DNA of 64,000 nucleotides from an uncultured Acidobacteriota bacterium (GCA_963742105.1 CAVUKN010000007.1:777979-841978), one strand, 5' to 3'; numbered from the stretch's first letter, positions 33,346-44,123 are shown. Notes: generated from the sequence alone by a model not told the origin. Program-made: numbers and translations.

Positions 33346-34401
33346 CTAGCTCCTACGCGCCGGGAGAATACGGCGCGGTAGGAACGTCTCACGTTCATCT
33401 GTGGATCGTGAGTGACGGGTCAGCGAGTAGCCGATCACGGCTGCGACAATTGCCACGGTGAACCCGGCGAGCACATCCGCGGCGTGATGATATCGCGTGT
33501 ACACGCACGCGACGCTGAGGCCCGTGGCCAGCAGCGCCCACCAGCGGGCGACTGTCGGATGTCCGCGATACAGCCCGAATGTCAGCGCCCACGCCCCCGA
33601 CACGTGGGCGCTCGGGAAGCAGGCCCCGGAGACGGCGGCGCCGGCGATAATCAACTTGATCGCCGCGGTGAATACCGCCCCGCCAAACGGCCTCAGCCCT
33701 GCCATCAACTGCGGGTTCTCCCACGGCCCCCGTGCCGGGAGGAATGGGTACCAGACGAACGACAGGAAGAAGCCAAGCATCACGCAGGTCATCGCCGTGT
33801 GGAAACCGGGACCCGGCGTGCCGCGGCCGCGGCGGCCGCCGCTCCACGCAATGACGATTCCACCAATGATCAATGGGTAGTACGAGAAATAAAAGGCGTG
33901 CATGATCTCGTCGAGCAACGGACCGCCAACCTGCGACAGCGCCACCGCGGGCACGGTACCGAACACGGCGCGATCGATCGCGTAGAGATGGGGCTCGAAC
34001 CAGTAGGGGGCCTGTGGGCTCGTGGCGTTGATTGTCAGCCACACTTCTTCGAAGAAGGGTGTCAGCAGCAGCGCAGGATACGTGTATCGCAGGAACCGTA
34101 ACACGGCTCGCGACCAGGCGACGACGCGAGAGTCTGCCGGGCGGGGCCGCTCCCACGACGCCCCGCGGGGTGGCAAGGAGACGAGTGCCGCGAGGATGGC
34201 CCCGTGTCCCACGACGATGTACGGCCACTGGGGGATCGTGCCCGCCCAGATCGCCGCGACGAGCGCGACAAAGCCCACATAGAGCGCCAACGTCCAGTCG
34301 ACCGCGTTCCACGCGGCGAGCCGACTCGCGATCGGGCCGGCGCCGCTGGTTCTCACATGGTTCCGAGTTTCGGTCTGCATGAGCACTCTTTTCACAGACA
34401 A
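33346..34401 (-). CDS. PAP2-superfamily membrane protein (Aur1/IPC-synthase-like)
   Basis: Multiple TM helices; YFSYY, PARGP, FPSAH, RYHHAAD. Confidence 0.82.
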   Translation of the reverse strand: MSVKRVLMQTETRNHVRTSGAGPIASRLAAWNAVDWTLALYVGFVALVAAIWAGTIPQWPYIVVGHGAILAALVSLPPRGASWERPRPADSRVVAWSRAVLRFLRYTYPALLLTPFFEEVWLTINATSPQAPYWFEPHLYAIDRAVFGTVPAVALSQVGGPLLDEIMHAFYFSYYPLIIGGIVIAWSGGRRGRGTPGPGFHTAMTCVMLGFFLSFVWYPFLPARGPWENPQLMAGLRPFGGAVFTAAIKLIIAGAAVSGACFPSAHVSGAWALTFGLYRGHPTVARWWALLATGLSVACVYTRYHHAADVLAGFTVAIVAAVIGYSLTRHSRSTDERETFLPRRILPARRS

Positions 34402-34619
34402 GTGTGCAACAGTAAACCGGATCGGCTCACGTGATCATCGAGGACCGTTGTCGCGTCACCGAGGCGCCGCCGCGGAAGACTCGGCGACGTGCATCGCACA
34501 CGGTATGAGTGTCGGTGAGACGACCTCCCGACCGGCCGGCCGTCTCTGGTGGACAATCGTTGTCGCGGTTGGCAGGCGCAAAGTGCCGGGCGTCGCCTCC
34601 CCGGAACGTCAGGCAATCC

Positions 34620-34635
34620 GGGAACGGCGTTTGCT
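34620..34635 (+). promoter_or_regulatory. candidate sigma54 (-24/-12) promoter
   Basis: GGGAACG-GCGT-TTGCT with GG-N10-GC spacing, ending about 15 nt before GTG 34650. Confidence 0.45.
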
Positions 34636-34649
34636 CTGCCGTGTTCCCC

Positions 34650-36723
34650 GTGCCTCGCCCTCTGACCGTCCAGTTCTATGTGTTCCGCAACGTTCACTGG
34701 CCGATGTTCGAGGAGCTGTTTCATTACCTCGGCACGCGACCGGAGGTCGGACAGCGTGTCATCTGCCTGCCGTCGCTGACGCGGCTCCGCATCGGGCAGT
34801 CGCACGCACTCGCCGAGAAGCTTCTGCGCCTGGACGTCCCGATCACGACGCGACCGAACGCCCGACCGGTCGACGCGACCTTCGTCGCCGACGCCGTGGG
34901 CGGGCTCGTGCGCGATTGCGGCGCCATCGTCAACGTCGGGCACGGCACGATCTCGAAGGGCTACTACTTTACCGACGGCATCTGGACGGAGCGGGAGAAC
35001 TGGGTCGACCTGCTGTGCGTCCCGGGCGAGTATGCCGCCGATCGCTTGATGCCGCTCCTGCGCACGCGCGTCGTGGCGACCGGTATGCCGAAGCTCGATC
35101 CGGTGTTCGCCGGCCGGCATTCACGCGCGGCGCTCTGCGAAAAGCACGGCGTCGATCCGGCCCGTCAGCTCGTGCTGTATGCGCCGACGTTCAACGAGGA
35201 TCTGAGCTCCGTCTACCTGTTCGCGGATCGGTTCGCGGAACTTGCGCGTCAGGATCGCGTGCTGTTCGTGAAGCTGCACGGCTCGACCCGCGTTGACACG
35301 ATCGCCACCTACCGTGGCATCGCGGCGAACACGCGCGGCGTGATCTTCGTGGACGAGCCGAACATCGCACCATATCTCGGTGGCGCGGACGTCCTGATCT
35401 CTGACGTATCGTCGGTGGTGATGGAGTTCATGGCGCTCGACAAGCCGGTGATCCTGTTCGATCACCCGCAGATGACGCGCTATCACGGCTACAACCCGAA
35501 CGACATCGAGCACGCCTGGCGTGATCTCGGCACTCGCATCGGCAGCATCGACGAGGCGAAGCGCGCCCTCGACGAGGTGATGGCGCAGGGGGACGAGCGG
35601 GGCCCGAAACGGCGCGAATACGCAAGACAACTGTTCTCCGACCGCGAGGGCCGCGCATCAGCCCGGGTCTGGGGGGCCACTCTCGAGACGCTGGCCGCGA
35701 AGGCCAGGCAACCGTCGGCGTCGCCGCTCATGCCGCGGTGGTCGTTGGCGCTCCAGATTACGCCCGACAATCTGTTCCTGATCCGATCGCTGCTCGACCA
35801 CGTGCAGTTCGTGGCGGTGATGCCGATCGAGTTGCGCCTCGCGCAACTCGGGACGTCGGCGGAACTGGAGCGCTACCTCGCGATGCTGCGGCAGCATGGC
35901 GCCTTTACCTCCGTCAGCGTCACTGTCGCGCCGGACGCGGCTTCGTTCGAAAGAACGCTGACCGAGGTGGTCCGATCGGCGGCAGGCGACTACCTGCTGT
36001 TCCTGCGGCCGAACGTCCGCGTGCACCGCGGGTTCGACTACTTCCTGCACGAGACCTTCCGCCATCATCCCGGCGCAGCGGCGCTCACGCCGGTGTTCAC
36101 GTCGGGCGCCGAGCCGAAGCGTGCGCCATTCGCGAGGGGACCTCTCGACGGTCTGACGCCCGAGCGCGCCGCATACGAGTTCATCAACTGGCATCGTGGC
36201 ACGTCGATCGCCGATTTCAAGTCGCCGACGGCACCGCCGGCGATTGCCATGCGTCGGCAGCTGCTCAAGCGGCTGCCAGCGGCGTTCTTCACCGGCGTCG
36301 CCGGTCTGGCGAACAGCGGCCATCTGAAGATCGCGCCGTCGGTGGCGTGTGCCGTGATGCCGGGCGCGGCCGTCGAAGACGCCGCCGCGTATCTACACGC
36401 GCCACCTGCGGCTCGCCATGCCATGTCTCCGGGCCTGCTGAAGAGCGGAGTGGCCGTGTTCTTTCCGGAGGTCGCCGCGCAGCTCCTGCACGACCTCGAG
36501 AGCGCCGGCGCGAGCGACGCCGACATCCGTCCGGTTCTCGACATCGCGACACACGAGCGGCTGCTCGACCTGCCAGCGCTGAAGGCCTGTCACGCGGCCT
36601 TGCGCCGTCGTCGAGGCCTGACGCGCGTCGCTCGATCACGACATCGCCCTGGCCGAACGCCTCCTGAAGGCGGTTGCTGCCAGCCACAACGATGTCGGTT
36701 CGCCGACGCTCGTGGCCGGCTGA
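34650..36723 (+). CDS. CDP-glycerol glycerophosphotransferase (TagB/TagF-like) domain plus degenerate GT-A-like C-terminal domain; frameshift near 3' end
   Basis: GHGTISKG, TGMPKLD, YAPTFN, KLHG, SDVSS..MEF..LDKPV; GDYLLFL segment. Likely true stop TGA 36721-36723 after a shift near 36610-36630. Confidence 0.8.
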
Positions 36724-36790
36724 CCGGCCGCACATTCCGCATTTCCACGTCGTGGTCGCGCGAAACAGGTGAATTCGACAACTGGCGTGG

Positions 36791-36806
36791 CGGTACGGCC
36801 GTTGCC
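36791..36806 (+). promoter_or_regulatory. candidate sigma54 (-24/-12) promoter
   Basis: CGGTACG-GCCG-TTGCC with GG-N10-GC spacing; ATG 13 nt after the -12 C, no SD. Confidence 0.45.
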
Positions 36807-36817
36807 CCGGTGGCGGC

Positions 36818-37265
36818 ATGCCCGTGGTCCAGCCCACGCCGCCGGCGTCGAATCCTGAAGGCCGCCGCATCATCACGTTCGGGACGTTCGACTCTGTTTC
36901 ACGTCGGCCACGTCAACGTCCTGCGCCGTGCCCGCGGCCTCGGCGACTGGCTGATCGTTGGTATCTCGAGCGACGAGCTCAATGCGAGGAAGAAGGGCCG
37001 CCGGCCCTACTTCAGCATCGACGAGCGCCTGGTGATTGTGGGCGACCACCGCTGCGTCGACGAGGTGTTCGTCGAGGAGTCGCTCGAGCAGAAGGCCGAC
37101 TATCTCCGTCAGTATCGTGCCGACGTCCTCGTCATGGGCGACGACTGGCAGGGTCGGTTCGATCACTATCGCTCGATCTGCGAGGTGGTCTACCTCCCAC
37201 GGACGCCGGAGATTTCCTCGACGGCCATCATCTGCGTCGTCCGCGGCGACGTTCACGTCGCCTGA
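36818..37265 (+). CDS. tagD: glycerol-3-phosphate cytidylyltransferase-like, one frameshift
   Basis: IITFGTFD / LFHVGH, GISSDELN, VMGDDW.GRFD, YLPRTPEISST; extra base near 36893. Confidence 0.88.
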
Positions 37266-37276
37266 GCTCCACGCCT

Positions 37277-40200
37277 GTGCCGCTCCGTCGCATCGTGTTC
37301 TTCGCGCTTCGCGACCTGCACATGGACGTGCTGCGTCCGGTGCTGCGGGCCGTCGCGGCGCAGCGGCCGCTACGACGTGGGGGTGGTGGCGCCGCCATTC
37401 GTGGCGAGCGGGCATGGACGCGTGCAGGAGGGATTGTCGGAGCCAACACGCGCTGCGGCTCGACGCCGACGGCTATTCCGTTCTGGGGCCATTCCCGGGA
37501 TGGCGACTATGCCTGCGTGGTTGTTGCCGACGCCTGCTACGACCGCGTCGATGGTTGGGGACCCGTCGTCTGCGTCGGCCACGGCACCATCAGCAAGGGC
37601 CTGTATTTCAGCGATGTCCCGTACACGCGGCGGGAGAACTTCGCACGGGTTCTTTGCGTACCGGGACCGGCCTACGTGAAGGCATTCGGACGCCAACTCT
37701 TCACGCGCGTCGTGGCAACGGGATTCTCGAAGATGGATGAACTGGCGCATCCGTCGCCGTCGGTTCAAAAGGACGTGCTCGCGACCCTGGGGCTCGATCC
37801 ATCGAAGCGCACGGTGCTCTTTGCGCCGACCTACAACTCCGAGCTCACTGCCCTGGACGGGCTCGCTTCTGCCTGGCCGAGATTGGATGCCGATCGCGAC
37901 CAGGTGATTTTCAAGCTGCACGGCGTCACCGAGCCGGCGCAGGTGGCCCGATACCGCGCGATCGCTGCGTCGCTGCCACACGCGTGTCTCGTTGACGGCT
38001 CCCTCGCCAGGTACATGCTGGCGAGCGACGTCATCGTCTCCGACGTGTCGTCCGCCTATGTCGAAGGGCTCGTCACCGGTAAGCCGCTCGTCGTGTACGA
38101 CAACCCAGCGATGGAGGGGTATCCGCTGTTCAACCGCAAGGACATCGAATACCGCGTACGGGACGCCGCGTATCGCGTCGCCTCTGCCGACGAGTTCCTC
38201 GAGTGCCTCGAACGACTCCGTGATCACGATCCCCTCGCCAGCCCTCAGGCAGCAGTACGCCGCGCAACTATTCCCGCCTGTCGACGGCCGGAACTCCGAA
38301 CGCATCGCGGCCGAGATCACCGCCGTCGCAGATGGAGAGATATCGCAGCAGTTTCCGGACAATGACGGGTCCATCACCGTCTATGTCCCGGACGATTGCG
38401 TCGATACGGCTCGCGTCGAGGCGAACATCGGTCGCGCGGCCTCACGCGTCAAGGTCCAGCGCGGCGGCCCCGCGCCGGTGCCGCCGTTCGTGGTGCTGAC
38501 CGGTGCTTTCGATCTGCCGCACGGGTGGGATCTCGTATGGGCGATGGCGCGGCATTTCAACTCGCCGTCCAAGAAGCACGCGATCGCCGGCCTGTTCGGC
38601 CCGATGCTGCCCGACGCGGGTCCGTACGGGAAGCAGCGACTGTCGGCATGTTTCACCGGCGCACCACTGGCGACGGAAGCGGCGCGCCAGATTCGCTACA
38701 AGCATCACGCCTACTCGCAGATCGCGGCCACCGACACGCTCGAGGCAGACGGCTCGATCGTGTCCGCCGGTGTGCCGCGGGAGATCGCCGCCGCCTGGGT
38801 GGAGCAGCTGGCGAGCGTCAAGGGTCGCGCCGCGGTCCTGGCGCTGGCAGCCCGGCGTGGCCTGGCCGTCGGCGTTCTCGCCGGCCTCTACGCGACACGC
38901 CTCGACGTGCCGGTGGAAGTGGCACGACCTGATTTCCTTTTCTTCTGCTTCAAGAACGTGCACCTGTCGCTGTTCGCACCGGTGATTACCGCCCTTCGGG
39001 CGCGGCGCCCCGACGCGACGATCGCGTTCTCAGCGCCTGTGTATGACCCGACGGCGCGCGAGGGTCTGACGCTCGAAGAGCGCGATGCATTCGCCGTGGC
39101 CACCGGCGCGGAGTGGGTGGGTGATGCAGTCACAGCACGCCCGGGAGTGACGGTCATAGCGGACTGCGTCGCCGACCGCCTGCGCGGTCATCGTCGCATC
39201 GTGAATCTCGGTCATGGCCTCATCAGCAAAGGCCAGTACTACGGTGACTATCCGCTGATCGGTCGCGAGAACCTGTCGCATGAGATCTGTGTGCCCGGTC
39301 CGTGGCACGCCAGCCAGCTTCGCCCGCACCTCTACATTCCGATTCACGTCACCGGCATGTCGAAGCTCGACGGTCTGTTCACCTCGTTCGACGAAGCCGC
39401 GTTTCGCAACGCTCACGGGTTCACCACAGACGAGCGCCTCCTGCTGTGGTGTCCGACCTTCAATCCGGAGCTGAGCGGCCTGACCGTGATTGGCGCCGGC
39501 ATCCGCCATCTGACATCGTTCGGCACCGTCGTGATCAAGATGCACGGCACGACCGATGCGGCAGTTGCAGCGGCGCTACGGACACAACTGGCCGGCGAAC
39601 CAGCGCATCCGGTTCGTGGATCCTGCTGCAGACGCGACGCCGTATATGCGGTGCGCGAGCGTGATGATTACCGACGTCTCCAGCGTCATGTTCGAATTCG
39701 CCGCACTGGACCGTCCTGTCGTGCTCGTCGACAACCCGCGACAGTCCACGTATGTGAACTACCGGCCTGACGACGTCGAGTACAGGATGCGCAACGTCGG
39801 CCCGCGCGTGACCAGCGTGGAGGAACTGATCGTGGCGGTGCGCGACGAACTCGCGCAGCCGATGCGATTCAGTGCCGCCCGACGCGCGATGACGGCGGCG
39901 CTGTTTGCAGCGACTGATGGAGGGAACGCCGCACGTATCGCCGGCGTGCTGTGCCAGGACACGCCTCAGCCGCCCTGGCTGGACCGCTTCGACGTCGTGC
40001 TCGACGAGCGCCTGACCGCGGACGATCTGCAGTTTGTCGCGCCTGGACTGACAACCGCCGCAAGTGTCATCGGTCCGGCCGCCGCGACCGGTGGTGCCGG
40101 CCGCCTGCCGTATCGTCCCTTCAGCAACGCCGCGGCGCGTGAAGCGCTGGTTGCCGGCAGCGCATCACCCAATCTCGTGTTCGTGCGCCGGCGTGCCCGG

Positions 40201-40521
40201 CTGATTGGCGACTGGCGCGCGCCGCTGTTCGGTCCGCTGTATCTGGGGCATGGCGCGCCGTCACTGACGTCACCGCTCACGACCGAAAAGGCGTGCCTCG
40301 CGAGTTTCGTCGGACGCCATCTCAAGCGCGATCGGGTCACGCTGCCGAAGCACGTGGATGCCGAGGTGCTCGCTCACGTGATCCGAATCACCAATCCTGG
40401 AGAGCGAATATCCGACGCGGAGCCGGATCCGCCGGTGGTTGCCATACGGCGCGAATCAGTTGGCGCGCTGGCATCCGGCCGCCGCTCCACGGTCGTACTT
40501 GACGCGCTGGTAGCGAGCTAA
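37277..40521 (+). CDS. large protein with two tandem TagF-like glycerophosphotransferase domains, several apparent frameshifts
   Basis: Domain 1: GHGTISKG, TGFSKMD, FAPTYN, KLHG, SDVSS. Domain 2: GHGLISKG, TGMSKLD, WCPTFN, KMHG, TDVSS..FEF..LDRPV. Shifts near 37370, 37450, 38245, 39600. Confidence 0.75.
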
Positions 40522-40547
40522 ATGAGGAATCAGGTAACAGGTATCAG

Positions 40548-40624
40548 GAATCGTGAATCGTGAATCGTGAATCACGAATCGTGAATCACGAATCATGAAT
40601 CGCGAATCATGAATCACGAATCGT
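40548..40624. repeat. heptamer tandem array (GAATCRY)x11
   Basis: Units GAATCGT/GAATCAC/GAATCAT/GAATCGC counted directly; degenerate units precede it from about 40520. Confidence 0.95.
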
Positions 40625-40633
40625 GAATGGCGA

Positions 40634-40663
40634 GTAGGCCGGGATCCGCGAAGCGGTCCCGGC
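40634..40663 (+). repeat. GTAG-type REP-like hairpin
   Basis: GTAG followed by GCCGGGA-T-CCGC-GAA-GCGG-TCCCGGC. Confidence 0.6.
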
Positions 40664-40678
40664 GCTGTGAGGTCTGAA

Positions 40679-41309
40679 ATGGCGATTGTGTTACTGAACG
40701 GGGATGTTACCGGCATTTCGTATCCCGCGCGCACGTGGGCGGAACTGCTCGCCGTGCTGGACGAACAATGCGCCTCGACCGGCGATGTGGTCGCCGGCGT
40801 CCGCATCGGCGACGCCGACGTTCCGGCCTTCCGCACGCCGGAGAACCTCTCGCGAGTGCTGGATGCTGACGCGCCGGTATTGATCGAAACCGCCCGCCCG
40901 GCCGACCTGATTCTCCAGACGCTCGACGAAGCCGAGGCGGCCACCCGATCGATCGTCGACGCAGCCCTGGCGCTTGGCGGCTCGTATCGGGCGGCGGGAC
41001 GTATCGGCGGCCAACCGCTCTCTGCCCGCATTCGCCGAAAGTCTCGGCACCTTGATCATCGTCACGGACACGTTGGCGCAGGGCGCCGGTGTGGATCTGG
41101 CCGCAATCGGCGACGGCGACGCGTCGGCCCTGCAGATGATCGACGACCTGATTGGACACACGAATGTGCTTCTCGCGGCGCAACGCGCCGGCAATTGGAC
41201 GCAGGTCGCCGATGTCATCCAGTCCGACATCGCGAACGCCGTCCGGCGCTGGCCGCTAGTACTGGAGGCCATTCGCCACTCGGCTCCGTTGCTGCGAGAC
41301 GTGGCGTAG
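40679..41309 (+). CDS. hypothetical helical protein, one frameshift
   Basis: RBS GAGGT; MAIVLLNG... joins ...NWTQVADVIQSDI..RW near 40995; stop abuts the next ATG. Confidence 0.7.
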
Positions 41310-42510
41310 ATGACGCTCGTCCCGGCACCCTCGTCGCGGTCGCCGCGCGTCCTGGTCGTCGGTCCGATTTATGGCGGGTCGCTCGAGACCGCGCGCTCGA
41401 CGGCGCGCGCATCCGAGGCGCTCGGGGCCGAGACGCGGCTGCTCGATTTCGACCCGTTCGGTGCCGGGTGGCATTCGCTGTCGGCGCTGTCGATGGCGGC
41501 CGCGCACAAGACCCGGCTGCGTGTGGAGTTCGCCAAGGTGCTCGGGGAGGCGGTCGTCGCGTCGGCGCTGGAGTTCCGTCCCGATCTGGTCATCGCGCTG
41601 GCTCAGGCCCCATTGAACGCGTCGGTGTGCGAGCGGCTGCGAACGGCCGGCAGCAAGGTCGCGTTCTGGTTCGTCGAAAACCACCGGGTACTCCCGTACT
41701 GGAAGCAGGTGGCGAAGGACTATGACGCGTTCTTCGCCATTCAGGACGAACCCTTCCTGTCGATGGTGCGCGAGGCTGGCGCAACCACGGCGATCTATCT
41801 GCCGACAGCTGCGGATCCCGAGCGACATCGTTCCGGTCGAGTTGACCGAGGCCGAGCGCCGCCGCTTCGGCGCGGACGTGAGTTTTGCCGGCGCGCCCTA
41901 TCTCAATCGCCAGCGGATGCTGCTGGGCCTCATCGACCTCGCCCCGAAGATCTGGGGCGAGGGCTGGGCCACCACCGAGGTGGCGAAGCTTGCCGCCGAA
42001 CGGGGCGCGCGGTTCGATCTGTTCGAGATGATCCGCATCTTCGCGGCCACACGGATCAACCTCAACATCCATTCGGCCAATCACGTCGCCGGCCTCGATC
42101 CGGACGCCGACTACGTCAATCCGCGCACCTTCGAACTGGCAGCATGCAGCGCGTTTCAGCTCGTCGACGCCCGGACGCCGCTGCCGGCGATGTTCCGCGA
42201 CGACGAGGTCGTCACGTTCCGGTCGGTGGCGGAGCTGCGCCGGCAGATCACGCATTACCTCGCCCACCCCGAGGAGCGAGCGGCGATTGCCGCTCGCGCT
42301 CGCGCCCGCGTGCTTGCCGAGCACACGTTCGTCCATCGCGTCAGCCGCATCTTCACGGAGCTGCTGCCGGCTGAACTGCAGCCGGGCCGCAGCGGGGCAG
42401 GACGCGGCCTGGACGAGGCGATCGACGCGCTCGAGCGTACCGCAGCGCGGATGACGCCGGACGAAGCCATGATGCGCGTGCTGCAGCACGTGCAGCGAGG
42501 AAAATTTTGA
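41310..42510 (+). CDS. CgeB-like glycosyltransferase, one frameshift
   Basis: VLVVGPIYGGSL, FWFVEN, YLPTAADP, SFAGA.Y.NR, INLNIHS, VNPRTFELAAC, HTF.HR; shift near 41828. Confidence 0.85.
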
Positions 42511-44123
42511 AGAAGATTCTGGTCGTCCAACTCTGCCGGGTCGGCGACATCCTCATGACCGGCCCGTTGCTGCGCGGCCTGCGTCGCGAGCACCCGTCGG
42601 CGGAGATCTCGCTGCTCGTCATGGACGCCTTCGCAGCGACGCCGCTGCCCGGGCATCTCTATGATCGGCTGCTGGTGTTTCCGGTCGGCAGTTTGGCGCT
42701 CACGCTGGCAAAGAAGGACGTGGGGTGGGAACCCGCGCTCGACGAGTTGCGCCGCTTCGTGAAGGATCTCGGTCCGGCGCCGTTCGACCTCGTCGTCAAC
42801 CTGACCCACACCGACATGTCGGGCCTGATGACGTCGCTGGTGCCGGCACGCAAACGCGTCGGCCTCGTCGCGCGAGCCGATCGGCGGAAGGGTATCGACA
42901 GCCCCTGGATGACGTACCTGCGCGCGACGGCACGCTCGCGCGAGTTCGCGTGCTTCCATCTGGTCGACCTGTTCTCCTGGACCGCCGGCATCGGCCGTGA
43001 CGCCGCTGGCCTCGAAATCGACGTCGCGGCCGACGACCATGTGTGGGCAGAGACGTTGCTCGCGACGCATGGGCTCACCGGGAAGCCGATCATCGCCATG
43101 CAGCTCGGGGCCAGCCAGGAATCGAAGCAGTGGCCCACCGATCGATTTGCTGCACTCGCCGATGCGCTCGATCCGTCGCTGGGGGAGGTCGTGCTCGTGG
43201 GCAGCCCGGGCGAGCGTCCGTTGGGCGAGGCCTTCATGGCACGGGTCAACCGCCACGTGACGAACAATGTCGGCGACTCGTCGCTGCGTCAGCTCGCCGC
43301 GTTGCTGCAGCGCTGCCGCGTCCTGGTGACGAACGACACGGGCCCCATGCACATCGCCACGGCGGTCGGCACACGCGTCATCGACATGTCATCCGGCCGC
43401 GTCTGTGCGCACGAAACCGGACCTTACGGTGAGGGCAACGTTGTCGTCGAGCCCGAGATGGCGTGCTATCCCTGTTCCCTGGATTCGGAATGCCACCACT
43501 TCGCGTGCCGAACAGTCGTGAACCCTCGCGACGCCGCCGCGGTCGTACGGTACGTCCTGGGGCAGGGTCCGGTGCCGATGATGACCGGCGCACGTGTGCT
43601 GCAAGGGCGGCGGGTGGGACCGACCGGCCGACTCGAATTCCAACCGGTCGGAACAGCGCCGACCATCCGTGATGCCGTGCGCACCGCCGCCGCAGAGGTG
43701 TGGGAAGCGTCGCTGCACGCGCCGTCGCGGGTGGGTGACGGCTGGCGTGACGATGTCGACACGGCGCGCGAGGCCGCTGGCGGTCAGCCCGGCGAGCGTG
43801 AGGACATCCGGTGTCAGTTGCAGGCAGTGGCGCTGGAGGCGGAGGTCACCGTCACGCGTGCGCGCGCGCTTCCGAAGGCGTCTCCGGCGAAGCTGCAGAC
43901 ATTAGCGACGGAGGTGCACGCCTCTCTCGAGAAACTGCTCGCCATCGGGGAGTCGACGCGCGCGACCCACACGCTCGTGACTCACCTGCGCCACGAGATC
44001 GATTCCATCGTGGCTGCTGACCTCAACGCCATGGCGCGCGCGCAGGCATCGGCGTACGCGGCCACCGCCGTACGAGCCCGTGAACTCGCCGGCCGGCTCG
44101 CCGTCCTTGTGACCGAAGGCTGA
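42507..44123 (+). CDS. GT9-family (heptosyltransferase-like) glycosyltransferase with helical C-terminal extension
   Basis: ILVVQL.R.GDI, QLGAS...KQWP, VTNDTGPMHIA, C.PC.....C. Confidence 0.88.
   Translation: MKKILVVQLCRVGDILMTGPLLRGLRREHPSAEISLLVMDAFAATPLPGHLYDRLLVFPVGSLALTLAKKDVGWEPALDELRRFVKDLGPAPFDLVVNLTHTDMSGLMTSLVPARKRVGLVARADRRKGIDSPWMTYLRATARSREFACFHLVDLFSWTAGIGRDAAGLEIDVAADDHVWAETLLATHGLTGKPIIAMQLGASQESKQWPTDRFAALADALDPSLGEVVLVGSPGERPLGEAFMARVNRHVTNNVGDSSLRQLAALLQRCRVLVTNDTGPMHIATAVGTRVIDMSSGRVCAHETGPYGEGNVVVEPEMACYPCSLDSECHHFACRTVVNPRDAAAVVRYVLGQGPVPMMTGARVLQGRRVGPTGRLEFQPVGTAPTIRDAVRTAAAEVWEASLHAPSRVGDGWRDDVDTAREAAGGQPGEREDIRCQLQAVALEAEVTVTRARALPKASPAKLQTLATEVHASLEKLLAIGESTRATHTLVTHLRHEIDSIVAADLNAMARAQASAYAATAVRARELAGRLAVLVTEG

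Noticed and set aside
34509-37265. 918 aa ORF suggesting a TagF-TagD fusion
   Set aside because: The linker translates as Arg-rich off-frame text. A natural stop (36723), a separate ATG (36818) and the TagD N-terminal motif in another frame indicate two genes joined by indel errors.
36818-38365. 515 aa ORF suggesting a TagD-TagF fusion
   Set aside because: Produced by the frameshift near 36893; TagD has its own stop at 37265.
40548-40624. Possible CRISPR array
   Set aside because: 7-bp units without spacers, and no cas genes in the window.
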